Positions 37,335 through 47,262 of a stretch of DNA of 64,000 nucleotides are shown here, piece after piece (the stretch's first letter is position 1; each line of letters starts with the position of its first letter). This DNA is from Candidatus Aenigmatarchaeota archaeon (GTDB lineage: Archaea > Aenigmatarchaeota > Aenigmatarchaeia > PWEA01 > JACQIF01). The stretch lies in assembly GCA_016432325.1 (NCBI GenBank), contig CP066684.1, positions 800,001 through 864,000 on the forward strand, read 5' to 3'. Under the pieces are notes generated by a model. That model saw nothing but the letters and a program-made list of their open reading frames with translations. It did no database searches and was not told the origin of the DNA. Made by a program: the position numbers and the translations under genes.

Positions 37335-37928
37335 TCAGAGGGGCCGCCAGTCGCCGTCGTCCGGGTGAAGCTTATCCCGCGCTTTTGCCACGATGTCCTC
37401 GAATTCTTTATCTATTCTCCTGCAGGCTTCGTCCGTGGCCGCGTCGAACCATTTGCTAGTGTCCAAGAAAAGGTCCACTGCAGGCAGATAGGCGTCGAAA
37501 TTTTCTGGCAACGGCTCTATAGTTGCTCCTATAAAGATTCGTGTCATTCCAGAGTCGGGATTCTGGAGAGGGGATATTGTGACGTATGCACCCGCTTTCG
37601 TGAGTTCCTTGTCGCGTGTTATACTCCCGTTCACGCGGGAGCCCAGATGCTTGGTTATCATTGCCAATTCCCTGCCAGTGAGCATCGAGGGCGGGGCTAT
37701 CATGTTTGTTGCTCTGAATCTGTTAGAGACATACGGCTCTCCGGCCCCCGATCCACTGATGTCGAAGACTTGCGTGTTGATGGCGTGCCCTTCTCTGGCT
37801 GTTGCGTAGTCGCCCAGCGCGCCGATAAGAACGTCCCGGTACCCCGTATCGGATACGATTGGCCGGAGTTCTTTGAGCTTCGTCTTGGTCTTGGCCGAAT
37901 CAAACACGACATGCGAAGCAGCTGCCAT
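37335..37928 (-). CDS. hypothetical protein
   Basis: 197-aa ORF. Confidence 0.6.
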   Translation of the reverse strand: MAAASHVVFDSAKTKTKLKELRPIVSDTGYRDVLIGALGDYATAREGHAINTQVFDISGSGAGEPYVSNRFRATNMIAPPSMLTGRELAMITKHLGSRVNGSITRDKELTKAGAYVTISPLQNPDSGMTRIFIGATIEPLPENFDAYLPAVDLFLDTSKWFDAATDEACRRIDKEFEDIVAKARDKLHPDDGDWRPL

Positions 37929-38025
37929 ACAATAACACCCAGCCGATTAAGGATGGAAAACTATTTAAACCGCTTGCGGCGTTTTAAAGTTACCGCGCCG
38001 AGCGCAGTAACTATTTAAGGCGCAT

Positions 38026-38625
38026 TTAGAGTTCCTTCACCGTAAACCTCCACACGTCTTCTATGCATTCGCGCAGCGTCTCGAGGTTCGCGTGGCGTGC
38101 AGGAATCAAGCGCGCCTGAATCCTGCTCTTGTGGCGTTCAAGCGCTCCGCACTCTTTCGCGAACGCCTTCACGGTTTCGCGCGGGCCGCCGAAGAATATG
38201 TGCTCTATGAGAGACTGGCCGAGCAGGACCTCGAAAGAGAAGCAGACGCCGTCCAGAAATTCGCTGCGCTGTTGCGAACGTACGCGCGCGTAACGCGAAG
38301 AAGACGAGCCGCCCTTCTTCGTGCGTCCGCGTATGAAATGGTGGCCGGTCTTGTACAGGACGAGCGAAGTGCCTTCGAAGAGGCCTATGGCATACTCGCC
38401 CATATGGACGAGTACAACCGCAATCTTTGGCCGCGACGCCAGATGTTCAGCGAGCATCGTGTTGCGCGGCGTTATCAGCTCGGGGCGCGGAGGAAAAGGA
38501 GGCTCGGCGAGGTAGCGCTTGTCGCCGGCGCTTACTGTGTATGCGACGCCGTCGAAAGAAACCTCGTGCGGGCCGAGCGCGCGCAAGAACGACCCGAACT
38601 CACTGCGCTTCATCCGTTTTTTCAT
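38026..38625 (-). CDS. VLRF1-type (acVLRF1-like) release factor homolog
   Basis: VVLV.MG.YAIG, RGRTKKGGSS..RYAR.R, FFGGP. Confidence 0.75.
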   Translation of the reverse strand: MKKRMKRSEFGSFLRALGPHEVSFDGVAYTVSAGDKRYLAEPPFPPRPELITPRNTMLAEHLASRPKIAVVLVHMGEYAIGLFEGTSLVLYKTGHHFIRGRTKKGGSSSSRYARVRSQQRSEFLDGVCFSFEVLLGQSLIEHIFFGGPRETVKAFAKECGALERHKSRIQARLIPARHANLETLRECIEDVWRFTVKEL

Positions 38626-39199
38626 CAGAACCAAAACCTTCTGTTCGCGGCACGTCTGGATGAGGCGCCGTTTGTGTAGCCGTGTTGGCCTGCGTTGCTT
38701 CCTCAGCCTCCTGCTTTTTGAACATTTCGATTAAGTCCTTGCGAGAGCTTATGCCGAAATATGACATGAAGTGGTCCGTGAGCTCGATGCGCTTTGAGCG
38801 CCTGTACTTCTCCGTTTTTATCAAACCGCGCTCTTCCAGGTCTTTGACGTAATCGTATCCGCGGTTGCCGATGGTCTTTACGATGTCGCTCTGCGTTATG
38901 GGTTGCTTGTATACGATAAGGGAAAGCGCTTTCAAAAGACCCCGAGACAAGTCCGCGTAGGGCGTCAGGTGCGCGACGCGCTGCGCGTGCGGTTTCTTGA
39001 CGCGCATCTCGTAACGTTCGCCCACTTCCACAATCTCCATTCCTTTGTGCTCGGCCTTGTATTCCAGGATAAGCTCTTCTATGCACGTTTCGACCTCCTG
39101 TTCGGGAAGCTCGACTATCTTGGCTATCTCCTCGACGCTCAAAGGCCCGCTCGCCTGAAAAAGTGCGGCTTCCAAGAGAGCGCGTTTGTTGGTGTCCAT
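38600..39199 (-). CDS. scpB: SMC-Scp complex subunit ScpB
   Basis: LEAALF, IVYKQPITQ, F..YFG. Confidence 0.92.
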   Translation of the reverse strand: MDTNKRALLEAALFQASGPLSVEEIAKIVELPEQEVETCIEELILEYKAEHKGMEIVEVGERYEMRVKKPHAQRVAHLTPYADLSRGLLKALSLIVYKQPITQSDIVKTIGNRGYDYVKDLEERGLIKTEKYRRSKRIELTDHFMSYFGISSRKDLIEMFKKQEAEEATQANTATQTAPHPDVPRTEGFGSDEKTDEAQ

Positions 39200-39201
39200 T
39201 C

Positions 39202-40008
39202 TCACTCCTCTTTCTTCGAATGCCGATCATTCGAAGTTTTCGAATCCTGCGATTCGATAGTCTCTGCTTTGCTGAAGTCTTCGTCCTCCTGTTCTTCGAC
39301 GCGTGCTTCCTTGCCTTCGGAGACACGGACATATATCTCCTTGAAAGGCTCCTCCTGCTCGAGCGTGACGCGGCCGTCGTTGCTCATGTGCAGCACGCCG
39401 AGGAGCGATTGAACGATTTCGCGGCGCTCCCATTTCGTGACGAGCGACGAGAAGGGCATCGTGCCTGACTTGAGCTGTTCGACCGTCTCGGAGATGCGCG
39501 CGTAAAGCTCGTTTATCTTTTTGGTGACGTCGAAACCCTCGTCCGCTACGACCTCTTCCACGCGCTCGCGCGCCCGCTCGACCTTCACTTCCCTGCGCTC
39601 CTGCGTGCTGAAGGCCTTTTCCAGCGCGCTCACCAGCTCGTCCAGCGTGACGCGTCTTGTCGGAACGCGCTTGGCCGGAACCTGCAGTTCTGGCACCTTC
39701 GTTATGTCTATCGGCGGGCCCTGCGCTGCCGCGGCAGCGTTCCTCTGTTCCTCCTCCCACATGAGCACCTCGGCTTTCATGTGCAGAAGCACGGCAGCGA
39801 TCATTATCAGGCGCGCGGGGACCTTGAACTCCAAAACGCCTGCTTTCGTTACGTAAACGCGAAACGCGTCGGCGAGCTTGACGACGTCCACGTCCCACGG
39901 GTCCATTCCTTCTTCTCTTATAACGTATTCCAGAACCTCCTCCCAGGACGCTTCCTTGGACGCCAGGTCCACTATGCCGGCCTCGTCTATCGTTGAATCC
40001 ACCTGCAC
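39202..40008 (-). CDS. scpA: segregation/condensation protein A (kleisin)
   Basis: MDPWDVDV, RRVTLDELV.AL, LEQEEPFKEI. Confidence 0.92.
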   Translation of the reverse strand: MQVDSTIDEAGIVDLASKEASWEEVLEYVIREEGMDPWDVDVVKLADAFRVYVTKAGVLEFKVPARLIMIAAVLLHMKAEVLMWEEEQRNAAAAAQGPPIDITKVPELQVPAKRVPTRRVTLDELVSALEKAFSTQERREVKVERARERVEEVVADEGFDVTKKINELYARISETVEQLKSGTMPFSSLVTKWERREIVQSLLGVLHMSNDGRVTLEQEEPFKEIYVRVSEGKEARVEEQEDEDFSKAETIESQDSKTSNDRHSKKEE

Positions 40009-40052
40009 AGCTTGGGGACCGAAATTATATATCCGCGAGACTCATTGCACCC

Positions 40053-40502
40053 ATGGGCAAAGGCCTGAGCGAACTCGTATCCGCAGTTCTGATACTGGCC
40101 TTTGCCATAGCCATAGCCGTCATCGTTTCCACGTTTTCCACCGGTTTCGCCAGGGAGAGCATAGGAAAAACCCACATCGAAGGCGAGCGGACGGCAGACT
40201 GCAACGGCGCCGGTCTGGACATACTGGCCGACAGCATTGCTTCCAGCGGCACGACGCTCTTCGTTACGGTTAAAAACACCGGCCTGCCGGACCTGACAAA
40301 CGTTGACTTCGTCTACCGCAATACGACAGACTCGGCCTACCTGACAGTGGACATCAATGAAACGGTAGCTTCGGGCCAGATAAAGACGCTCCAGATAAAA
40401 GGCATAAGCAGCCCCATAAACCGCATAATAATGACGACCGGCTGTCCAGGGATAACGGACACGGTGGAAAACGTTTCCGGAACATTCGAGCCCGTGACCT
40501 GA
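40053..40502 (+). CDS. archaeal type IV pilin-like protein
   Basis: MGKG|LSELVSAVLIL class III signal, VKNTG. Confidence 0.8.
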   Translation: MGKGLSELVSAVLILAFAIAIAVIVSTFSTGFARESIGKTHIEGERTADCNGAGLDILADSIASSGTTLFVTVKNTGLPDLTNVDFVYRNTTDSAYLTVDINETVASGQIKTLQIKGISSPINRIIMTTGCPGITDTVENVSGTFEPVT

Positions 40503-40537
40503 AAAATACTTATATAGGCTGTCAGATATCTCTTTGC

Positions 40538-41026
40538 ATGCACGGTAAAGGCATCAGCCCTCTCATAGCGACCATCCTGCTCGTGGCGCTGGTGGTGGCC
40601 ATAGCGGCCCTCTCGTCCCAGTTCGTCATAAACTTCCAGCAGGAGAGACAATCGGAGATAGAAAGCAAAGGGTCGCAGAGGTGCACCTTCACGGCCTTCG
40701 TCATAGATCCGGACAGCGTCTCCTACACGCCGGGCACCACGACGCTTTTGGTGACTGTGAGAAACACGGGCTCCGAGGACATCATAATCAAGGACATCGT
40801 GTACTCCAATACCACTTCCAGAATCCGCGAGGTGGCCGTAGCCACGAAGAGGAGGGACTACGGCACGATAAACGCCACGTACCCGCTCAAGCCGGGCCAA
40901 GTGGAGACCATACAGAACACGACCGTCGGTTCGAGACCCGAGGAGATAACGGTCACGACAGACTGTCCGGCGGCGACAGACACCGTGCTGAACGACACGA
41001 CCACAAACAAGTTCAAGAGGATTTAG
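40538..41026 (+). CDS. archaeal type IV pilin-like protein
   Basis: MHGKG|ISPLIATILLV, VRNTG. Confidence 0.85.
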   Translation: MHGKGISPLIATILLVALVVAIAALSSQFVINFQQERQSEIESKGSQRCTFTAFVIDPDSVSYTPGTTTLLVTVRNTGSEDIIIKDIVYSNTTSRIREVAVATKRRDYGTINATYPLKPGQVETIQNTTVGSRPEEITVTTDCPAATDTVLNDTTTNKFKRI

Positions 41027-41060
41027 TCCAGTTCGCAGGCAGTTTACGGATACGTGCCGT

Positions 41061-43514
41061 TCAGTTGGTTGGCAGTTCTATCGCAACAGCCTTCGAAACG
41101 CCGTCTTCCATTGATATGCCGTACACGCGATCTGCGAGGCGTATCGTAAGGTCGTTGTGCGTTATGAGTATGAACTGGGCGGCGTTCGAATACTTCTTTA
41201 TCAGCTCCGCGACCTTCTTGCTGTTCCTCTTGTCCAGAGCCGCGTCTATCTCGTCCAGCACGTAGAACGGAGCGGGCTTGTACATCTGCACGGCGAACAG
41301 GAACGCCAGCGCGGTCATCGTCTTCTCGCCGCCTGACATCGCGTCCAGGTGCAGCTCGCGCTTGCCCTCGGGCCGCGCCTTTATGAGAAGGCCGGAGCGT
41401 ATGTCGGTGGCGGCCTCCAGTTCTATCGCGGCCTCGCCTCCGTTGAGGTCTGCGAATATCTGGCTGAAGTGCGTTGCAATCGCGCCGAAGGTCTCCATGA
41501 AGGCCTGCACGCGCTTGGCTTCCACGGACGCGGCCATCTCCAGAACGGCCGCCTTCTCGTTCTCTATGATGCCAACCTTCTTGCTGAGGTCCTCGTAGAC
41601 CTGCTTGTGAAGCTCGTAGTCTTCTATGGCCTTGAGGTTGACCGCTCCGATTCGGTTGAGGCGTTCGAGGACGCGCTTCTTGTTGTTCTCCAGAACCTCT
41701 ATTGTCCCTTCCGTATAGAAGTCGTTCTTCTCGAAGAATTCTACGAACGCCTCTTTCTCCACGTTGAGGTTGCCTATCTCCACCTCGTATTTCGCGCGTT
41801 CGACGCTCATCCTGCCCATCTCGTTTTGCACGGCGAGCATCCTGTTGAAAGCCTCGTCGCGCTTCGCGCGCAGCGCGTCGATGCCGTCCAGGGTCTCCTT
41901 GAGCTTCTTCTCGAACTCGTTCTGCGTTAGTGTCGTGCGCTCCCTTTCGGCGAGTTCCTTGAGCTGTTTTTGAAGACGCGCGACGTCGGCTTCGAGGGTT
42001 TCCACCTGAGCCGCGAGCTCCTGCTTCTGTTTGGCGTAGCGGTTGCTCTCGTCGTCCCGCTTCCGCAGGAAGCCGCCTGTCATGGCGCCGCTCTTCTGCA
42101 CGAGCTCTCCCTCAAGAGTAACCATGCGCGCGGCGCCGATGTGCCTGCGCGCCGTCTGAAGAGTGTCGACGACGACCGTCTCGCCAAAGACGTGGCGGAA
42201 CGCGGTTTCATACTTTGAGTCGTACTCGACAAGATTCAACGCGAAGTCTATTACTCCTTCATTGCCTATCAACGCCTTCGCATCCTTGCCGCGTTCGCGC
42301 ACGTCGAGCTTGTTGAGAGGCAGGAACGTCGCGCGGCCTACTCGCGCGCCCTTCAGATGCTCTATGCATTCCTGTGCCGTCGCGTCGGTGTCGACGATGA
42401 CGTCGTGCAGAGCGTTTCCTGCGGCGATTTCAACGGCGGTCCTGTACTGCTGGTCCGTCTTCATGAGTCCGGATACTGTCCCGTGCACGCCTTTCTTGCC
42501 CAGCGCGAGCACGGCCTTGGCGACGAAGTTGTCAGACACGACCGCCAACTCGTCGAGGCGCGCGATTTCGCGCTTCGCGTATTCGATTCTGTCCAGCTTT
42601 CGTTCCATTTCCCCTCGCAGGGACGCCAGTTTTTCTATGGCTTCCCTGTTGCCGGCGCGCATGGCCAGAGCGGTCGCCGTCCTCTCCTCCTTCTGCAGCT
42701 CGCCGACCTCTTTGTCGATTACGCCGATTTCCGCTTGTACGGTATCAACCTTTTCCTTCTCATTGCCTATGCGTTCGTTCACGTTCGTCAGGCGTTCACT
42801 GAAGAAGTCCAGCCGTCGTTTGGTCATCGAGGCGCGAATCTTGCGCAGGTCGTTTTCCAGAGTCCGGTACTCGCGCGCCAGCTCATCCTCCTTCTTCAGG
42901 TTCTCCAGAATCTTCCTCTTCTCGTTCAGGATGATGTGGGCCTCCTTGAGCTTCCCGTCGACCTTCGCTATTTCCTGCTCGGCTTTGAGTTTCTTGTCGT
43001 CGAACTCGGCTATGCCGGAAATCTCGTCTATTATCTGCCTGCGTTCGAGGGGGTTCATTTCGATTAGGTTCGTGATGTCTCCCTGCAGGATGATGTTGTG
43101 GCCGTCTGCGTAGATTCCTGCGTTGGCCAACACGTCGACGACGCGCCTGCGGTTCACTGTCTCGTCGTTTATCCTGTATACGGACACGCCTGACGCGTTC
43201 ACCTTTCTGGTGACCTTTATCTCCGGTGGTTCGCCGGGAATCGTTCCGTCCGTGTTGTCGACGTAGAGCGAGACGGCGGCATACTTGGAACCCTCGCGCT
43301 TGCGGCCGCCCTTGAAGACGAGGTCTTCCAGCTTGCCCGCGCGTATGGTTTTCGCGGAGCGGATTCCAAGAACGAACACCACGGCGTCAAGAACGTTAGA
43401 TTTGCCAGAGCCGTTAGGACCGCAGATTGCGTTGAAGCCGGAAGGGAATGGCAGGACAGTGCGGTTCGCAAACGACTTGAAGCCCTGCATTACGATGCGG
43501 TCTATGCGTACCAC
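41061..43514 (-). CDS. smc: chromosome segregation protein SMC, short arms (817 aa)
   Basis: GFKSF, GPNGSGKSN, hinge GRATFLPL, MSGGE, LDEIDAALD. Confidence 0.95.
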   Translation of the reverse strand: MVRIDRIVMQGFKSFANRTVLPFPSGFNAICGPNGSGKSNVLDAVVFVLGIRSAKTIRAGKLEDLVFKGGRKREGSKYAAVSLYVDNTDGTIPGEPPEIKVTRKVNASGVSVYRINDETVNRRRVVDVLANAGIYADGHNIILQGDITNLIEMNPLERRQIIDEISGIAEFDDKKLKAEQEIAKVDGKLKEAHIILNEKRKILENLKKEDELAREYRTLENDLRKIRASMTKRRLDFFSERLTNVNERIGNEKEKVDTVQAEIGVIDKEVGELQKEERTATALAMRAGNREAIEKLASLRGEMERKLDRIEYAKREIARLDELAVVSDNFVAKAVLALGKKGVHGTVSGLMKTDQQYRTAVEIAAGNALHDVIVDTDATAQECIEHLKGARVGRATFLPLNKLDVRERGKDAKALIGNEGVIDFALNLVEYDSKYETAFRHVFGETVVVDTLQTARRHIGAARMVTLEGELVQKSGAMTGGFLRKRDDESNRYAKQKQELAAQVETLEADVARLQKQLKELAERERTTLTQNEFEKKLKETLDGIDALRAKRDEAFNRMLAVQNEMGRMSVERAKYEVEIGNLNVEKEAFVEFFEKNDFYTEGTIEVLENNKKRVLERLNRIGAVNLKAIEDYELHKQVYEDLSKKVGIIENEKAAVLEMAASVEAKRVQAFMETFGAIATHFSQIFADLNGGEAAIELEAATDIRSGLLIKARPEGKRELHLDAMSGGEKTMTALAFLFAVQMYKPAPFYVLDEIDAALDKRNSKKVAELIKKYSNAAQFILITHNDLTIRLADRVYGISMEDGVSKAVAIELPTN

Positions 43515-43584
43515 TTACAGGTCACCTCTTAGCGCACTGAGCCGTAAGTATGAAACAGCAGTTTCATGCATGAATGGAGTCCCC
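43515..43584 (-). repeat. smc leader element homologous to the rps12 leader element
   Basis: GGGAC..TGCATGAAACTGCTGTTTCATACTTACGGCTCAG..AAGAGGTGAC..GTAA-GTG. Confidence 0.75.
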
Positions 43585-43638
43585 GATAGAATACGCGCCC
43601 TAACCTATAAAATCGCGTGGAACGGCGTTCCAGAACGC

Positions 43639-44331
43639 TCAAACCAGCACGACGTTGTTCCGAGTGTCCTTGCCTTCCCCGAATGCCATATTGTATCTTG
43701 CGCGGTCCAGATTGGTGACCATCACCCTCGATATATTGGGATCCGCTGTTACTGCCACGAGTGCCCTCTTGTCGAGCCCTTGATCGGCGTGATTCTTGTA
43801 TGGCGTGAAACGCTCTATGGTGAGTGTCGTTTCCCTTATCGACGGTCGCATTGTTGCAGGAGTGCCGGCTTCGCTCTGGACAAGATACTGTATTCTGTCG
43901 TCTGTGAAATCCGCGTAGAAAAGTATTCTTGTACGGCCCGGGAAACTGTCCTCACAGCCGTTGGAGTTCACGCCTTTCATTGTGATAGACGCCATCTTTG
44001 GGACCCGTGCTTCCCTTTGCATGCCACGAAGTTCGACCAACAAGTCGTCACCTGTCAGCGCGACCGTGTACAGATCGGGCTTCCCTTTCAGCGACCTGTC
44101 GAACACTTCTGTGAAGCCTGCCACGTTTGGAAGCCTGAGATGCGAGAGCTGCGCGTCTGCCGCCTTCATCATATCTGCGAATCCGCTCTTGTCGACGAAC
44201 CTCTCTTCAGTCCCGATGTATTTTATCATCGACTCCGCTTGCGCACCAAGCTTTATATGCCTTACGGGGCGGCGCGAGGTAAGCTTAAACATCGGTTTAA
44301 GCCTTTCGTTTCGCAAGCCGATGCCGAACAC
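43639..44331 (-). CDS. hypothetical protein (true start may be downstream, near 44228)
   Basis: ORF, no motif. Confidence 0.55.
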   Translation of the reverse strand: MFGIGLRNERLKPMFKLTSRRPVRHIKLGAQAESMIKYIGTEERFVDKSGFADMMKAADAQLSHLRLPNVAGFTEVFDRSLKGKPDLYTVALTGDDLLVELRGMQREARVPKMASITMKGVNSNGCEDSFPGRTRILFYADFTDDRIQYLVQSEAGTPATMRPSIRETTLTIERFTPYKNHADQGLDKRALVAVTADPNISRVMVTNLDRARYNMAFGEGKDTRNNVVLV

Positions 44332-44362
44332 CCTTTATCTATTTGTTCCGCGAGTTCGTTCT

Positions 44363-45181
44363 ATGCCAGCAAACTTCGGATATGCATACGGCAAGGCCGA
44401 GGCCCTCTACAAAGCGGCCAAGACGCGCGAAGAGAAGATAGCGGCTCTGGAAGAGATGATAACAGCTTGCCCGAAGCACAAGGGAACAGAGAACCTGCTC
44501 GCCACGCTGAAATCGAAGCTCGCCAAGATGAGGGAGCAGAAGGAGACGAAGACGGCGAGGAAGAGCGTCACCGTAAAAAAAGAGGGCGAGGCGCAGATAT
44601 GCATGCTCGGCCTGCCGAACTCGGGCAAGAGCACGCTGCTCGCGCGCCTCACGGGCGCGAAGCCCCGCGTCGCGGACTTCGAATACACGACCACGCGACC
44701 CGAGGTCGGCATGCTGGAACACAATGACGTGATGCTGCAGCTCGTCGAGATTCCTTCCACATGGACGCCCGAGCTCCTGTCGATAGCCAGAAACTGCGAC
44801 GCACTCGTGCTGCTCGTTGACGAACGAAAGGACAGGCGCATGCAAGAAAAGGAACTTCAGGACCTCGCAGAAAAACTGAAGGCCAAGAATTCCATCGTTG
44901 TTAAAAACAACGACGATCCGGAAGAGATAAAACGAAGAATATGGATGGCGCTCGACCGCATACACGTCTATACCAAGACTCCCGGAAAGCCGAGGGACGT
45001 GCCTGCGATAACGTTTTCAAAGGGCGTAACAGTGCGCGACGTCGCCCAACGCGTCCACAAGGAGTTCGTCTCGCGCTTCAGGTTCGCGAGAATCTACGGC
45101 CCGTCTGCGCGTTTCGCGGGACAGACCGTGGGCATGGACCACGTTCTGAAGGACGGAGACGTCGTGGAGATTCACGCGTAA
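44363..45181 (+). CDS. DRG/OBG-family GTP-binding protein with TGS domain
   Basis: PKHKGTE, GLPNSGKS, FEYTT, YTKTPG, DHVLKDGDVVEIH. Confidence 0.9.
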   Translation: MPANFGYAYGKAEALYKAAKTREEKIAALEEMITACPKHKGTENLLATLKSKLAKMREQKETKTARKSVTVKKEGEAQICMLGLPNSGKSTLLARLTGAKPRVADFEYTTTRPEVGMLEHNDVMLQLVEIPSTWTPELLSIARNCDALVLLVDERKDRRMQEKELQDLAEKLKAKNSIVVKNNDDPEEIKRRIWMALDRIHVYTKTPGKPRDVPAITFSKGVTVRDVAQRVHKEFVSRFRFARIYGPSARFAGQTVGMDHVLKDGDVVEIHA

Positions 45182-45211
45182 GATAAATACTTTCGCCTCG
45201 CAAATAACCGC

Positions 45212-45544
45212 ATGCCCGAGCTACAAACGGTAGACAAGGCGAAAGTGCGTGCGTTCGTTTCTGACACCCTCTACGGGCTCGCTGCTCTCGAGATTGACCA
45301 GACCGAAGAGATGAGGAGAAACCTGAGAGAGAACGGGAGACGCGCCATAGAGGAGATGAAAAACGGAGATATACAAGACGTTCTGCCTTCCGATGCCATG
45401 CTCGACGGCATCAATGCCCACTACGGAAGGCTGGATAAACTATACGACGTTCTCGATGGAGGGGAAGAACCAGACCCCCGAGAAGTCAAGGAAATCCGTG
45501 AAGGAATTCACAGCTTCATCCGCAGACTCCACAAGTACACCTGA
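45212..45544 (+). CDS. hypothetical protein
   Basis: 110-aa ORF. Confidence 0.55.
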   Translation: MPELQTVDKAKVRAFVSDTLYGLAALEIDQTEEMRRNLRENGRRAIEEMKNGDIQDVLPSDAMLDGINAHYGRLDKLYDVLDGGEEPDPREVKEIREGIHSFIRRLHKYT

Positions 45545-45574
45545 TTTATATCGTCTGTCGACCAAAAGTGTGAT

Positions 45575-45865
45575 ATGAGCTTCCACGAAGCGCTGATTCC
45601 GAACGCGACCACGCCACTGGCCAGCATACCGACTCTCGTCACGTTCGCTGTTTTCCTGGTGATAATCTACTTCGTCTACAAGGGGGTAAAGCTCGGCATT
45701 CACCTGCTCATCATGGCCGCTCTGGGCGGGCTGTTTCCCGTTGTCGCGAACCAGTATCTGGGGTTCAACCTGCCTGTCACGATTCAGACGATAGGATTCT
45801 ACGCGGCTGTGACTGCGTTTGTCTATCTGGTCGCCCACTTCGGAAGGAAGCTGGTCGGGAAGTAA
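45575..45865 (+). CDS. small membrane protein
   Basis: three hydrophobic segments. Confidence 0.65.
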   Translation: MSFHEALIPNATTPLASIPTLVTFAVFLVIIYFVYKGVKLGIHLLIMAALGGLFPVVANQYLGFNLPVTIQTIGFYAAVTAFVYLVAHFGRKLVGK

Positions 45866-45906
45866 TCAGGAAACCTTCTGTTTCAACTGTCCGCTCTTAG
45901 CGGCCC

Positions 45907-46563
45907 TCAAGAAACAACCGTCGCATAGTCCTTTCCTGAAACAAGAACGCGACGAACCTTTCCGTTTATCTCCAAAGCCTCGCCGAGTGTTACGTTTCCC
46001 AGAAAGTAGTCTATGTCCAAAGGTTCGTCCGTGAGCGTCAGCGAGACCTTGCCCTGCAGTTGAACGTTGCCAGTGAGGGGCGACGTCTTGAACTTCTTTG
46101 CTTCTGTGCCGTAAGCGCCAAAGGATGTGAGGGGCAGCCCGGACGCCTTCACCTTGACGGATGTGCGTCCTGTGTCAAGCGCGACTCCGTTGACGCGCAC
46201 GCGGTTTGCGGAGCCGTCCAGCGTGATTTTCATCTCGTCCACCCGCAGCGTGCCGGCATAGTTTTCTACCGTAACGTCCGCCCCGTTTTCAGCGTCGACG
46301 CGCACGCCGTTGACCGTTATGTCTCCGGCATCGTACGCGAGCGTCAGGGAAGAGACAGGCGACCCGCTCAGGTCGAGGGGAGCGCGCGCGAACGAGCCAA
46401 CTACAGTGACGTTACGGGCGATCTGCCCGTCTGAGAATACGTCCCGTGTTGTGTCTGCGAATCCCCCTATGTCAGAAGGCGAGGCGCCGAGCTGGTTCAT
46501 TATGCCGAAGGCGAGAAGGGCCAGGCCGACGAGGACTGCAGCGAAGATGTGCCAACGGGCCAT
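45907..46563 (-). CDS. membrane-anchored beta-rich hypothetical protein
   Basis: N-terminal TM helix, start ATG 46563. Confidence 0.65.
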   Translation of the reverse strand: MARWHIFAAVLVGLALLAFGIMNQLGASPSDIGGFADTTRDVFSDGQIARNVTVVGSFARAPLDLSGSPVSSLTLAYDAGDITVNGVRVDAENGADVTVENYAGTLRVDEMKITLDGSANRVRVNGVALDTGRTSVKVKASGLPLTSFGAYGTEAKKFKTSPLTGNVQLQGKVSLTLTDEPLDIDYFLGNVTLGEALEINGKVRRVLVSGKDYATVVS

Positions 46564-46605
46564 ACGACCACAAAGACTAAATACCCCGGCTCGATATTTA
46601 AGCAT

Positions 46606-47262
46606 ATGATCGATGTCGTCCTGATTCAGCCCGAACAGCCCGGGAACATAGGCGCTGTGGCGCGGGCCATGAAAAATTTCGGTTTTCAGGCGCTCGTTCT
46701 GGTGGACCCATGCGAGCTGACGGACGAAACGCGCGCCCAAGCGAAGCACGCATACGACGTCATAAAGAACGCGCGCATCCTGAGGAAATTCGAGCCGAAG
46801 AAGTACGATTACGTCATAGGAACCACGGGGATAATGGGCGAAGGCCGGCCGTGCGTCACGCCTGAAGAGCTGAAGGCGCTCGTCCCGGGAGGCAAAGTAG
46901 CGCTTGTATTCGGCAACGAGGGAAGAGGCCTTTCGCGGCACGATATGGAGGCGTGCGACGTGCTGGTGCACATACCGACGTCAGATGCGTACGCAGTGAT
47001 GAACCTCTCGCACGCCGCGGCGATAGTGCTATACGAGCTCTCGGGGGCCCATGGTAAAGAGGTATCGGGACGGAAAGAGAGGCGCGAACTGGAGAAGGCC
47101 TTTATAAACATCCTTGATAATTTAGGGTATCGGAAAAAGGAGGACGCGGCCCGTGCGTTCGGACGTCTTGTGAACAGGGCTCCGCCGCGACAGGACGAGG
47201 CTTCGACGCTGGTCGGGGTTTTGAAGCGCATAGAGAAAACGCTCAACGGTGAACGGTTATGA
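46606..47262 (+). CDS. trmJ: TrmJ/SpoU-family tRNA methyltransferase
   Basis: GNIGAVARAMKNFG, VFGNEGRGL, MNLSHA. Confidence 0.9.
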   Translation: MIDVVLIQPEQPGNIGAVARAMKNFGFQALVLVDPCELTDETRAQAKHAYDVIKNARILRKFEPKKYDYVIGTTGIMGEGRPCVTPEELKALVPGGKVALVFGNEGRGLSRHDMEACDVLVHIPTSDAYAVMNLSHAAAIVLYELSGAHGKEVSGRKERRELEKAFINILDNLGYRKKEDAARAFGRLVNRAPPRQDEASTLVGVLKRIEKTLNGERL

